Origin: Balanoglossus misakiensis
Taxonomy: Eukaryota; Animalia; Hemichordata
Reading direction: 5' to 3'
NCBI GenBank assembly: GCA_040954595.2
Contig: CM082595.2
Location: 8,941,410 to 9,005,409, forward strand
Length of the DNA: 64,000 nt
Positions within the stretch are counted from its first letter, which is position 1. Every line of letters starts with the position of its first letter. The position numbers and the translations under genes were made by a program. This document shows positions 48,601-63,600 of this stretch, in pieces. The notes under the pieces are model-generated. The model had not been told where the DNA came from, did no database searches, and was given only the letters and a program-made list of their open reading frames with translations.

Positions 48601-51600
48601 CATCAAAAAATGACAAATAAATCTCAAAATTTCGTCGATTTGTGAAAAAAAATCCTGGGTGAAAATCATCAAAAAATGACAAATTTTCGACCTTGCAAAA
48701 TCTCAAAATTTCGTCGATTTTTGAAAAAAAATCATGGAGGAAAATCATTAAAAAATGACAAATTTACAACTGCAAAATCTCAAAATTTCGTCGATTTGTG
48801 AAAAAAAATCCTGGGTGTAAATCATCAAAAAATGATAAATTTTCGACTTTGCAAAATCTCAAAATTTCGTAAATTTTTGAAAAAAAATCATGGGTGAAAA
48901 CCATCAAAAAATGACAAATTTTCGTCTTTGCAAAATTTCAAAATTTCGTCGATTTTTGAGAAAAATCATGGGCAAAAATCATCAAAAAATGACAAATTTT
49001 CGACTTTGCAAAATCTCAAAATTTCGTCGATTTTTGAAAAAAATCATGGGTTCGTTTATTTTTGAAAAAAAATATGGGTGAAAATCATCAAAAAATTACA
49101 AATTTTCGACTTTGCAAAATCGCAAAATTTCGTACATTTTTGAAAAAAAATCATGGAGGAAAATCATTAAAAAATGACAAATTTACAACTGCAAAATCTC
49201 AAAATTTCGTCGATTTGTGAAAAAAAATCCTGGGTGAAAATCATCAAAAAATGATAAATTTTCGACTTTGCAAAATCTCAAAATTTCGTAAATTTTTGAA
49301 AAAAAATCATGGGTGAAAACCATCGAAAAATGACAAATTTTCGACTTTGCAAAATCTCAAAATTTCGTAAATTTTTCAAAAAAAATCATGGGTGAAAATC
49401 ATCAAAAAATGACAAATTTTCGTCTTTGCAAAATTTCAAAATTTAGTACATTTTTGAAAAAAAATCATGGGTGAAAATCATCAAAAAATGACAAATTTTC
49501 GACTTTGCAAAATCTCAAAATTTCGTCGATTTTTGAAAAAAAATCATGGAGGAAAATCATTAAAAAATGACAAATTTACGACTGCAAAATCTCAAAATTT
49601 CGTCGATTTTTGAAAAAAATCATGGGTGAAAATCATCAAAAAATGACAAATTTTCGACATTGCAAAATCTCAAAATTTCGTCGATTTTTGAAAAAAAATC
49701 ATGGGTGAAAATCATCAAAAAATGACAAATTTTCGACTTTGCAAAATCTCAAAATTTCGTCGATTTTTGAAAAAAAATCATGGAGGAAAATCATTAAAAA
49801 ATGACAAATTTACAACTGCAAAATCTCAAAATTTCGTCGATTTGTGAAAAAAAATCCTGGGTGAAAATCATCAAAAAATGATAAATTTTCGACTTTGCAA
49901 AATCTCAAAATTTCGTAAATTTTTGAAAAAAAATCATGGGTGAAAACCATCGAAAAATGACAAATTTTCGACTTTGCAAAATCTCAAAATTTCGTAAATT
50001 TTTGAAAAAAAATCATGGGTGAAAATCATCAAAAAATGACAAATTTTCGTCTTTGCAAAATCTCAAAATTTCGTACATTTTTCAAAAAAAATCATGGGTG
50101 AAAATCATCAAAAAATGACAAATTTTCGTCTTTGCAAAATTTCAAAATTTAGTACATTTTTGAAAAAAAATCATGGGTGAAAATCATCAAAAAATGACAA
50201 ATTTTCGACTTTGCAAAATCTCAAAATTTCGTCGATTTTTGAAAAAAAATCATGGAGGAAAATCATTAAAAAATGACAAATTTACGACTGCAAAATCTCA
50301 AAATTTCGTCGATTTGTGAAAAAAAATCATGGGTGAAAATCATCAAAAAATGACAAATTTTCGACATTGCAAAATCTCAAAATTTCGTCGATTTTTGAAA
50401 AAAATCATGGGTGAAAATCATCAAAAAATGACAAATTTTCGACTTTGCAAAAACTCAACATTTCGTCGATTTTCGAAAAAATCATGGGTGAAAATCATCA
50501 AAAAATGACAAATTTTCGACTTTGCGAAATCTCAAAATTTCGTCGATTTTTGAAAAAAATCATGGGTGAAAATCATCAAAAAATGACAAATTTTCTACTT
50601 TGCAAAATCTCAAAATTTCATCAATTTTTGAAAAAATCATGGGTGAAAATCATCAAAAAATGACAAAATTTTCGACTTTGCAAAATCTCAAAATTTCGTC
50701 GATTTTTGAAAAAAAATTATTGTTGAAAATCATCAAAAAATGACAAAATTTTCGAGTTTGCAAAATCACACAATTTCGCCGATTTTGAAAAAAATCATAG
50801 GTTCGTCGATTTTTTTAAAAAAACATGGGTGAAAATCATCAAAAAATGACAAATTTTCGTCTTTGCAAAATTTCAAAATTTCGTCGATTTTTGAGAAAAA
50901 TCATGGGCAAAAATCATCAAAAAATGACAAATTTTCGACTTTGCAAAATCTCAAAATTTCGTCGATTTTTGAAAAAAATCATGGGTTCGTTTATTTTTGA
51001 AAAAAAATCATGGGTGAAAATCATCAAAAAATGACAAATTTTCGACTTTGCAAAATCTCAAAATTTCGTCGATTTTTGAAAAAAAATCATGGAGGAAAAT
51101 CATTAAAAAATGACAAATTTACGACTGCAAAATCTCAAAATTTCGTCGATTTGTGAAAAAAAATCATGGGTGAAAATCATCAAAAAATGACAAATTTTCG
51201 ACATTGCAAAATCTCAAAATTTCGTCGATTTTTGAAAAAAATCATGGGTGAAAATCATCAAAAAATGACAAATTTTCGACATTGCAAAATCTCAAAATTT
51301 CGTCGATTTTTGAAAAAAAATCATGGTTGAAAATCATCAAAAAATGACAAATAAATCTCAAAATTTCGTCGATTTGTGAAAAAAAATCCTGGGTGAAAAT
51401 CATCAAAAAATGACAAATTTTCGACCTTGCAAAATCTCAAAATTTCGTCGATTTTTGAAAAAAATCCTGGGTGAAAATCATCAAAAAATGACAAATTTTC
51501 GACCTTGCAAAATCTCAAAATTTCGTCGATTTTTGAAAAAAATCATGGGTGAAAATCATCAAAAAATGACAAATTTTCGACTTTGCAAAATCTCAAAATT

Positions 51601-54600
51601 TCGTCGATTTTTGAAAAAAAATCATGGAGGAAAATCATTAAAAAATGACAAATTTACAACTGCAAAATCTCAAAATTTCGTCGATTTGTGAAAAAAAATC
51701 CTGGGTGAAAATCATCAAAAAATGATAAATTTTCGACTTTGCAAAATCTCAAAATTTCGTAAATTTTTGAAAAAAAATCATGGGTGAAAACCATCGAAAA
51801 ATGACAAATTTTCGTCTTTGCAAAATTTCAAAATTTCGTCGATTTTTGAGAAAAATCATGGGCAAAAATCATCAAAAAATGACAAATTTTCGACTTTGCA
51901 AAATCTCAAAATTTCGTCGATTTTTGAAAAAAAATCATGGAGGAAAATCATTAAAAAATGACAAATTTACAACTGCAAAATCTCAAAATTTCGTCGATTT
52001 GTGAAAAAAAATCCTGGGTGAAAATCATCAAAAAATGATAAATTTTCGACTTTGCAAAATCTCAAAATTTCGTAAATTTTTGAAAAAAAATCATGGGTGA
52101 AAACCATCGAAAAATGACAAATTTTCGACTTTGCAAAATCTCAAAATTTCGTAAATTTTTGAAAAAAAATCATGGGTGAAAATCATCAAAAAATGACAAA
52201 TTTTCGTCTTTGCAAAATCTCAAAATTTCGTACATTTTTCAAAAAAAATCATGGGTGAAAATCATCAAAAAATGACAAATTTTCGTCTTTGCAAAATTTC
52301 AAAATTTAGTACATTTTTGAAAAAAAATCATGGGTGAAAATCATCAAAAAATGACAAATTTTCGACTTTGCAAAATCTCAAAATTTCGTCGATTTTTGAA
52401 AAAAAATCATGGAGGAAAATCATTAAAAAATGACAAATTTACGACTGCAAAATCTCAAAATTTCGTCGATTTGTGAAAAAAAATCATGGGTGAAAATCAT
52501 CAAAAAATGACAAATTTTCGACATTGCAAAATCTCAAAATTTCGTCGATTTTTGAAAAAAATCATGGGTGAAAATCATCAAAAAATGACAAATTTTCGAC
52601 TTTGCAAAAACTCAACATTTCGTCGATTTTCGAAAAAATCATGGGTGAAAATCATCAAAAAATGACAAATTTTCGACTTTGCGAAATCTCAAAATTTCGT
52701 CGATTTTTGAAAAAAATCATGGGTGAAAATCATCAAAAAATGACAAATTTTCGACTTTGCAAAATCTCAAAATTTCATCAATTTTTGAAAAAATCATGGG
52801 TGAAAATCATCAAAAAATGACAAAATTTTCGACTTTGCAAAATCTCAAAATTTCGTCGATTTTTGAAAAAAAATTATTGTTGAAAATCATCAAAAAATGA
52901 CAAAATTTTCGAGTTTGCAAAATCACACAATTTCGCCGATTTTGAAAAAAATCATAGGTTCGTCGATTTTTTTAAAAAAAACATGGGTGAAAATCATCAA
53001 AAAATGACAAATTTTCGACTTTGCAAAATCTCAAAATTTCGTCGATTTTTGAAAAAAATCATGGGGGAAAATCATCAAAAAATGACAAATTTTCGACTTT
53101 GCAAAATCTCAAAATTTCGTCCATTTTTGAAAAAAAATCATGGAGGAAAATCATTAAAAAATGACAAATTTACGACTGCAAAATCTCAAAATTTCGTCCA
53201 TTTGTGAAAAAAAATCCTGGGTGAAAATCATCAAAAAATGACAAATTTTCGACTTTGCAAAATCTCAAAATTTCGTCGATTTTTGAAAAAAATCATGGGT
53301 GAAAATCATCAAAAAATGACAAATTTTCGACTTCGCAAAATCTCAACATTTCGTCGATTTTTGAAAAAAATCATAGGTGAAAATCATCAAAAAGTGACAA
53401 ATTTTCGACTTTGCAAAATCTCAAAATTTCGTCGATTTTTGAAAAAAAATAATGGTTGAAAATCATCAAAAAATGACAAATAAATCTCAAAATTTCGTCG
53501 ATTTGTGAAAAAAAATCCTGGGTGAAAATCATCAAAAAATGACAAATTTTCGACCTTGCAAAATCTCAAAATTTCGTCGATTTTTGAAAAAAATCATGGG
53601 TGAAAATCATCAAAAAATGACTAATTTTCGACTTTGCAAAATCTCAAAATTTCGTCGATTTTTGAAAAAAAATCATGGAGGAAAATCATTAAAAAATGAC
53701 AAATTTACAACTGCAAAATCTCAAAATTTCGTCGATTTGTGAAAAAAAATCCTGGGTGAAAATCATCAAAAAATGATAAATTTTCGACTTTGCAAAATCT
53801 CAAAATTTCGTAAATTTTTGAAAAAAAATCATGGGTGAAAACCATCAAAAAATGACAAATTTTCGTCTTTGCAAAATTTCAAAATTTCGTCGATTTTTGA
53901 GAAAAATCATGGGCAAAAATCATCAAAAAATGACAAATTTTCGACTTTGCAAAATCTCAAAATTTCGTCGATTTTTGAAAAAAATCATGGGTTCGTTTAT
54001 TTTTGAAAAAAAATATGGGTGAAAATCATCAAAAAATTACAAATTTTCGACTTTGCAAAATCGCAAAATTTCGTACATTTTTGAAAAAAAATCATGGGTG
54101 AAAATCATCAAAAAATGACAAATTTTCGTCTTTGCAAAATCTCAAAATTTCGTACATTTTTCAAAAAAAATCATGGGTGAAAATCATCAAAAAATGACAA
54201 ATTTTCGTCTTTGCAAAATTTCAAAATTTAGTACATTTTTGAAAAAAAATCATGGGTGAAAATCATCAAAAAATGACAAATTTTCGACTTTGCAAAATCT
54301 CAAAATTTCGTCGATTTTTGAAAAAAAATCATGGAGGAAAATCATTAAAAAATGACAAATTTACGACTGCAAAATCTCAAAATTTCGTCGATTTGTGAAA
54401 AAAAATCATGGGTGAAAATCATCAAAAAATGACAAATTTTCGACATTGCAAAATCTCAAAATTTCGTGGATTTTTGAAAAAAATCATGGGTGAAAATCAT
54501 CAAAAAATGACAAATTTTCGACATTGCAAAATCTCAAAATTTCGTCGATTTTTGAAAAAAAATCATGGGTGAAAATCCTCAAAAAATGACAAATTTTCGT

Positions 54601-57600
54601 CTTTGCAAAATCTCAAAATTTCGTCGATTTTTGAAAAAAAAAATCTTGGGTAAAACTCATCAAAAAATGACAAATTTTCGACTTTGCAAAATCTCAAAAT
54701 TTCGTCGATTTTTGAAAAAAAATAATGGTTGAAAATCATCAAAAAATGACAAATAAATCTCAAAATTTCGTCGATTTGTGAAAAAAAATCCTGGGTGAAA
54801 ATCATCAAAAAATGACAAATTTTCGACTTCGCAAAATCTCAAAATTTTGTCGATTTTTGAAAAAAATCATAGGTGAAAATCATCAAAAAATGACAAATGT
54901 TCGACTTCGCAAAATCTCAAAATTTTGTCTTTTTTTGAAAAAAATCATAGGTGAAAATTATCAAAAAATGACAAATTTTCGACTTTGCAAAATCTCAAAA
55001 TTTCGTCGATTTTGAAAAAAATCATGGGTTCGTCGATTTTTTAAAACAACATTGGTGAAAATCATCAAAAAATGACAAATTTTCGACTTTGCAAAATCTC
55101 AAAATTTCGTCAATTTTTAAAAAAAAATCATGGATGAAAATCATCAAAAAATGACAAATTTTCGACTTTGCAAAATCTCAAAATTTCGTCGATTTTTGAA
55201 AAAAATCATGGGTGAAAATCATCAAAAAATGACAAATTTTCGACTTTGCAAAATCTCAACATTTCGTCGATTTTTGAAAAAAAAATAATGGTTGAAAATC
55301 ATCAAAAAATGACAAATAAATCTCAAAATTTCGTCGATTTGTGAAAAAAAATCATGGGGGAAAATCATCAAAAAATGACAAATTTTCGACTGCAAAATCT
55401 CAAAATTTCGTCGATTTTTGAAATAAATCATTGTTGAAAATTATCAAAAATTGACAAATTTTCCTCTTTGCAAAATCTCAAAATTTCGTCGATTTTTTGA
55501 AAAAAGACTGGTGAAAATCATCTAAAAATGACAAATTTTCGATTTTGCAAAATCTCAAAATTTCGTTGATTTTTGAAAAAAATCATGGGGGAAAATCATC
55601 AAAAATGACAAATTTACGACTACAAAATCTCAAAATTACGTCGATTTGTGAAAAAAAATCATGGGTGAAAATCATCAAAAAATGACAAATTTTTGACTTT
55701 GCACAATCTCAAAATTTCGTCAATTTTGAAAAAAATCATAGGTGAAAATCATCAAAAAATGACAAATTTTCGACTTTGCAAAATCTGAAAATTTCATCGA
55801 TTTTTGAAAAAATCATGGGTGAAAATCATGAAAAAATGACAAATTTTCGACTTTGCAAAATCTCAAAATTTCGTCGATTTTTGAAAAAAATCATGGGTGA
55901 AAATCATCAAAAAATGACAAATTTTCGACTTTGCAAAATCTCAAAATTTCGTCGATTTTTGAAGAAAATCATGGGTGAAAATCATCAAAAAATGACAAAT
56001 TTTCGACTTTGCAAAATCTCAAAATTTCGTCCATTTTTGAAAAAAATCATGGGTGAAAATCATCAAAAAATGACAAATTTTCGACTTTGCAAAATCTCAA
56101 AATTTCGTCAATTTTTGAAAAAATCATGGGTGAAAATCATCAAAAAATGACAAATTTTGAAAAAAAAACGGGTGAAAATCATCAAAAAATGACACATTTT
56201 CGTCGACTTTGCAAAATCTCAAAATTTCGTCGATTTTTGAAAAAAATCATGGGGGAAAATCATCAAAAAATAACAAATTTTCGACTTTGCAAAATCTCAA
56301 AATTTCGTCCATTTTTGAAAAAAAATCATGGGTAAAAATCATCAAAAAATGACAAATTTTCGTCTTTGCAAAATCTCACAATTTCGTCGATTTTTGAAAA
56401 AATCATGGGTGAAAATCATCAAAAAATGACAAATTTTCGACTTTGCAAAATCTGAAAATTTCATCGATTTTTGAAAAAATCATGGGTGAAAATCATCAAA
56501 AAATGACAAATTTTCGACTTTGCAAAATCTCAAAATTTCGTCGATTTTTGAAAAAAATCATGGGTGAAAATCATCAAAAAATGATAAATTTTCGACTTTG
56601 CAAAATCTCAAAATTTCGTCGATTTTTGAAGAAAATCATGGGTGAAAATCATCAAAAAATGACAAATTTTCGACTTTGCAAAATCTCAAAATTTCGTCGA
56701 TTTTTGAAAAAAATCATGGGTGAAAATCATCAAAAAATGACAAATTTTCGACTTTGCAAAATCTCAAAATTTCGTCAATTTTTGAAAAAATCATGGGTGA
56801 AAATCATCAAAAAATGACAAATTTTGAAAAAAAAACGGGTGAAAATCATCAAAAAATGACACATTTTCGTCGACTTTGCAAAATCTCAAAATTTCGTCGA
56901 TTTTTGAAAAAAATCATGGGGGAAAATCATCAAAAAATAACAAATTTTCGACTTTGCAAAATCTCAAAATTTCGTCCATTTTTGAAAAAAAATCATGGGT
57001 AAAAATCATCAAAAAATGACAAATTTTCGTCTTTGCAAAATCTCACAATTTCGTCGATTTTTGAAAAAAATCATGTGTGAAAATCATCAAAAAATGACAA
57101 ATTTTCGACTTTGCAAAATCTCAAAATTTCGTCAATTTTTGAAAAAAATCATGGGTGAAAATCATCAAAAAATGACAAATTTTCGTCTTTGCAAAATCTC
57201 AAAATTTCGTCCATTTTAAAAAAAAACGGGGGAAAATCATCAAAAAATGACAAATTTTCGACTTTGCAAAATCTCAAAATTTCGTCGATTTTTGAAAAAA
57301 ATCATGGGTGAAAATCATCAAAAAATGACAAATTTTCGTCTTTGCAAAATCTCAAAATTTCGTCCATTTTTGAAACAAAATCATGGGTAAAAATCATCAA
57401 AAATGACAAATTTTCGTCTTTGCAAAATCTCAAATTTTCGTCGATTTTTGAAAAAAAATCATGGTTGAAAATCATCAAAAAATGACAAAATTTTCGAATT
57501 TGTAAAATCACAAAATTTCGTCGATTTTGAAAAAAATCATAGGTTCGTCGATTTTTAAAAAAAAAAACATGGGTGAAAATCATCAAAAAATGACAAATAT

Positions 57601-60600
57601 TGAAAAAAAACGGGTGAAAATCATCAAAAAATGACACATTTTCGTCGACTTTGCAAAATCTCAAAATTTCGTCGATTTTTGAAAAAAATCATGGGGGAAA
57701 ATGATCAAAAAATGACAAATTTTCGACTGCAAAATTTCAAAATTTCGTCAATTTTGAAAAAATCATGGGTGAAAATCATCAAAAAATGACAAATTTTCGA
57801 CTGCAAAAACTCAAAATTTCATCAATTTTGAAAAAAATCATGGGTGAAAATCATCAAAAAATGACAAATTTTCCTCTTTGCAAAATCTATAAATTTCGTC
57901 GATTTTTGAAAAATTTTCAACTTTGCAAAATCTCAAAATTTCGTCGATTTTTGAAAAAAATCATGGGGGAAAATCATCAAAAAATGACAAATTTTCGACT
58001 GCAAAATCTCAAAATTTCGTCGATTTTTGAAATAAATCATTGTTGAAAATTATCAAAAATTGACAAATTTTCCTCTTTGCAAAATCTCAAAATTTCGTCG
58101 ATTTTTTGAAAAAAGACGGGTGAAAATCATCTAAAAATGACAAATTTTCGACTTTGCAAAATCTCAAAATTTCGTCGATTTTTGAAAAAAATCATGGGTG
58201 AAAATCATCAAAAAATGACACATTTTCGACTTTGCAAAATCTCAAAATTTCGTCCATTTTTGAAAAAAAATCATGGGTAAAAATCATCAAAAAATGACAA
58301 ATTTTCGTCTTTGCAAAATCTCACAATTTCGTCGATTTTTGAAAAAAATCATGTGTGAAAATCATCAAAAAATGACAAATTTTCGACTTTGCAAAATCTC
58401 AAAATTCGTCAATTTTTGAAAAAATCATGGGTGAAAATCATCAAAAAATGACAAATTTTCGTCTTTGCAAAATCTCAAAATTTCGTCCATTTTAAAAAAA
58501 AAACGGGGGAAAATCATCAAAAAATGACAAATTTTCGACTTTGCAAAATCTCAAAATTTCGTCGATTTTTGAAAAAAATCATGGGTGAAAATCATCAAAA
58601 AATGACAAATTTTCGTCTTTGCAAAATCTCAAAATTTCGTCCATTTTTGAAACAAAATCATGGGTAAAAATCATCAAAAATGACAAATTTTCGTCTTTGC
58701 AAAATCTCAAATTTTCGTCGATTTTTGAAAAAAAATCATGGTTGAAAATCATCAAAAAATGACAAAATTTTCGAATTTGTAAAATCACAAAATTTCGTCG
58801 ATTTTGAAAAAAATCATAGGTTCGTCGATTTTTAAAAAAAAAACATGGGTGAAAATCATCAAAAAATGACAAATATTGAAAAAAAACGGGTGAAAATCAT
58901 CAAAAAATGACACATTTTCGTCGACTTTGCAAAATCTCAAAATTTCGTCGATTTTTGAAAAAAATCATGGGGGAAAATGATCAAAAAATGACAAATTTTC
59001 GACTGCAAAAACTCAAAATTTCATCAATTTTGAAAAAAATCATGGGTGAAAATCATCAAAAAATGACAAATTTTCCTCTTCGCAAAATCTATAAATTTCG
59101 TCGATTTTGAAAAATTTTCAACTTTGCAAAATCTCAAAATTTCGTCGATTTTTGAAAAAAATCATGGGGAAAATCATCAAAAAATGACAAATTTTCGACT
59201 GCAAAATCTCAAAATTTCGTCGATTTTTGAAATAAATCATTGTTGAAAATTATCAAAAATTGACAAATTTTCCTCTTTGCAAAATCTCAAAATTTCGTCG
59301 ATTTTTTGAAAAAAGACGGGTGAAAATCATCTAAAAATGACAAATTTTCGACTTTGCAAAATCTCAAAATTTCGTCGATTTTTGAAAAAAATCTTGGGTG
59401 AAAATCATCAAAAAATGACACATTTTCGACTTTGCAAAATCTCAAAATTTCGTCGATTTTTGAAAAAAATCATGGGTGAAAATCATCAAAAAATGACAAA
59501 TTTTCGTCTTTGCAAAATCTCAAAATTTCGTCCATTTTTGAAAAAAAATCATGGGGGAAAATCATCAAAAAATGACAAATTTTCGACTTTGCAAAATCTC
59601 AAAATTTCGTCGATTTTGAAAAAAACCATTGGGGGAAAATCATCAAAAAATGACAAATTTTCGATTTTGCAAAATCTCAAAATTTCGTCGATTTTTGAAA
59701 AAAAATCAGGGTTGAAAATCATCAAAAAATGACAAATTTTCGACTTTGCAAAATCTCAAAATTTCGTCGATTTTTGAAAAAAATCATGGGTGAAAATCAT
59801 GAAAAAATGACAAATTTTGAAAAAAAAACGGGTGAAAATCATCAAAAAATGACACATTTTCGACATTGCAAAATCTCAAAATTTCGTCGATTTTTGAAAA
59901 AAAATCATGGTTGAAAATCATCAAAAAATGACAAAATTTTCGACTTTGCAAAATCACAAAATTTCGTCGATTTTGAAAAAAATCATAGGTTCGTCGATTT
60001 TTAAAAAAAAAACATGGGTGAAAATCATCAAAAAATGACACATTTTCGACTTTGCAAAATCTCAAAATTTCGTCGATTTTTGAAAAAAATCATGGGTGAA
60101 AATCATCAAAAAATGACAAATTTTCGACTTTGCAAAATCTCAAAATTTCGTCGATTTTTTAAAAAAATTTCGTCGATTTTTGAAAAAAATCATGGGGGAA
60201 AATCATCAAAAAATGACAAATTTTCGACTGCAAAATCTCAAAATTTCGTCGATTTTTGAAATAAATCATTGTTGAAAATTATCAAAAATTGACAAATTTT
60301 CCTCTTTGCAAAATCTCAAAATTTCGTCGATTTTTTGAAAAAAGACGGGTGAAAAATCATCTAAAAATGACAAATTTTCGACTTTGCAAAATCTCAAAAT
60401 TCCGTCGATTTTTGAAAAAAATCATGGGTGAAAATCATCAAAAAATGACACATTTTCGACTTTGCAAAATCTCAAAATTTCGTCCATTTTTGAAAAAAAA
60501 TCATGGGTAAAAATCATCAAAAAATGACAAATTTTCGTCTTTGCAAAATCTCACAATTTCGTCGATTTTTGAAAAAAATCATGTGTGAAAATCATCAAAA

Positions 60601-63600
60601 AATGACAAATTTTCGACTTTGCAAAATCTCAAAATTTCGTCAATTTTTGAAAAAATCATGGGTGAAAATCATCAAAAAATGACAAATTTTCGTCTTTGCA
60701 AAATCTCAAAATTTCGTCCATTTTAAAAAAAAAACGGGGGAAAATCATCAAAAAATGACAAATTTTCGACTTTGCAAAATCTCAAAATTTCGTCGATTTT
60801 TGAAAAAAATCATGGGTGAAAATCATCAAAAAATGACAAATTTCGTCTTTGCAAAATCTCAAAATTTCGTCCATTTTTGAAACAAAATCATGGGTAAAAA
60901 TCATCAAAAATGACAAATTTTCGTCTTTGCAAAATCTCAAATTTTCGTCGATTTTTGAAAAAAAATCATGGTTGAAAATCATCAAAAAATGACAAAATTT
61001 TCGAATTTGTAAAATCACAAAATTTCGTCGATTTTGAAAAAAATCATAGGTTCGTCGATTTTAAAAAAAAAAAACATGGGTGAAAATCATCAAAAAATGA
61101 CAAATATTGAAAAAAAACGGGTGAAAATCATCAAAAAATGACACATTTTCGTCGACTTTGCAAAATCTCAAAATTTCGTCGATTTTTGAAAAAATCATGG
61201 GGGGAAAATGATCAAAAAATGACAAATTTTCGACTGCAAAAACTCAAAATTTCATCAATTTGAAAAAAATCATGGGTGAAAATCATCAAAAAATGACAAA
61301 TTTTCCTCTTTGCAAAATCTATAAATTTCGTCGATTTTTGAAAAATTTCAACTTTGCAAAATCTCAAAATTTCGTCGATTTTTGAAAAAATCATGGGGGA
61401 AAATCATCAAAAAATGACAATTTTCGACTGCAAAATCTCAAAATTTCGTCGATTTTTGAAATAAATCATTGTTGAAAATTATCAAAAAATTGACAAATTT
61501 TCCTCTTTGCAAAATCTCAAAATTTCGTCGATTTTTTGAAAAAAGACGGGTGAAAATCATCTAAAAATGACAAATTTTCGACTTTGCAAAATCTCAAAAT
61601 TTCGTCGATTTTTGAAAAAAATCTTGGGTGAAAATCATCAAAAAATGACACATTTTCGACTTTGCAAAATCTCAAAATTTCGTCGATTTTTGAAAAAAAT
61701 CATGGGTGAAAATCATCAAAAAATGACAAATTTTCGTCTTTGCAAAATCTCAAAATTTCGTCCATTTTTGAAAAAAAAATCATGGGGGAAAATCATCAAA
61801 ATGACAAATTTTCGACTTTGCAAAATCTCAAAATTTCGTCGATTTTGAAAAAACCATTGGGGGAAAATCATCAAAAAATGACAAATTTTCGATTTTGCAA
61901 AATCTCAAAATTTCGTCGATTTTTGAAAAAAAATCAGGGTTGAAAATCATCAAAAAATGACAAATTTCGACTTTGCAAAATCTCAAAATTTCGTCGATTT
62001 TTGAAAAAAATCATGGGTGAAAATCATGAAAAAATGACAAATTTTGAAAAAAAAACGGGTGAAAATCATCAAAAAATGACACATTTTCGACATTGCAAAA
62101 TCTCAAAATTTCGTCGATTTTTGAAAAAAAATCATGGTTGAAAATCATCAAAAAATGACAAAATTTTCGACTTTGCAAAATCACAAAATTTCGTCGATTT
62201 TGAAAAAAATCATAGGTTCGTCGATTTTTAAAAAAAAACATGGGTGAAAATCATCAAAAAATGACACATTTTCGACTTTGCAAAATCTCAAAATTTCGTC
62301 GATTTTTGAAAAAAATCATGGGTGAAAATCATCAAAAAATGACAAATTTTCGACTTTGCAAAATCTCAAAATTTCGTCGATTTTTTAAAAAAATCATGGG
62401 TGAAAATCATGAAAAAATGACAAATTTTGAAAAAAAAACGGGTGAAAATCATCAAAAAATGACACATTTTCGACTTTGCAAAATCTCAAAATTTCGTTCA
62501 TTTCTGAAAAAAAAATTATGGGTAAAAATCATCAAAAATGACAAATTTTCATCTTTGCAAAATCTCAAATTTTCGTCGATTTTTGAAAAAAAATCATGGT
62601 TGAAAATCATCAAAAAATGACAAAATTTTCGACTTTGCAAAATCTCAACATTTCGTCGATTTTTGAAAAAAATCATGGGTGAAAATCATGAAAAAAATGA
62701 CAAATTTTGAAAAAAAAACGGGTGAAAAATCATCAAAAAATGACACATTTTCGACTTTGCAAAATCTCAAATTTTCGTCGATTTTTGAAAAAAAATCATG
62801 GTTGAAAATCATCAAAAAATGACAAAATTTTCGACTGTGCAAAATCTCAATATTTCGTCGATTTTTGAAAAAAATCATGGTTGAAAATCATCAAAAAATG
62901 ACAAAATTTTTGACTTTGCAAAATCACAAAATTTCGTCGATTTTGAAAAAATCATAGGTTCGTCGATTTTAAAAAAAAAACATGGGTGAAAATCATCAAA
63001 AAATGACACATTTTCGACTTTGCAAAATCTCAAAATTTCGTCGATTTTTGAAAAAAATCATGGGTGAAAATCATCAAAAATGACAAATTTCGACTTTGCA
63101 AAATCTCAAAATTTCGTCGATTTTTGAAAAAAATCATGGGTGAAAATCATGAAAAAATGACAAATTTTGAAAAAAAAACGGGTGAAAATCATCAAAAAAT
63201 GACAAATTTTCGACTGCAAAATTTCAAAATTTCGTCAATTTTGAAAAAATCATGGGTGAAAATCATCAAAAAATGACAAATTTTCGACTGCAAAAACTCA
63301 AAATTTCATCAATTTTGAAAAAATCATGGGTGAAAATCATCAAAAATGACAAATTTTCGTCGACTTTGCAAAATCTCAAAATTTTCGTCGATTTTTGAAA
63401 AAAATCATGGGGGAAAATCATGAAAAAATGACAAATTTTCCTCTTTGCAAAATCTCAAAATTTCGTCGATTTTAAAAAAGACATGGGTGAAATCATCAAA
63501 AATAACAAATTTTCGACTTTGCAAAATCTCAAAATTTCGTCCATTTTTGAGAAAATCATGGGTGAAAATCATCAAAAAATGACAAATTTTCGACTTTGCA

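Noticed and set aside
56150-56180. Possible CENP-B box in the AAAAAACGGG variants
   Set aside because: The required TTCG-n4-A-n2-CGGG spacing is not met.
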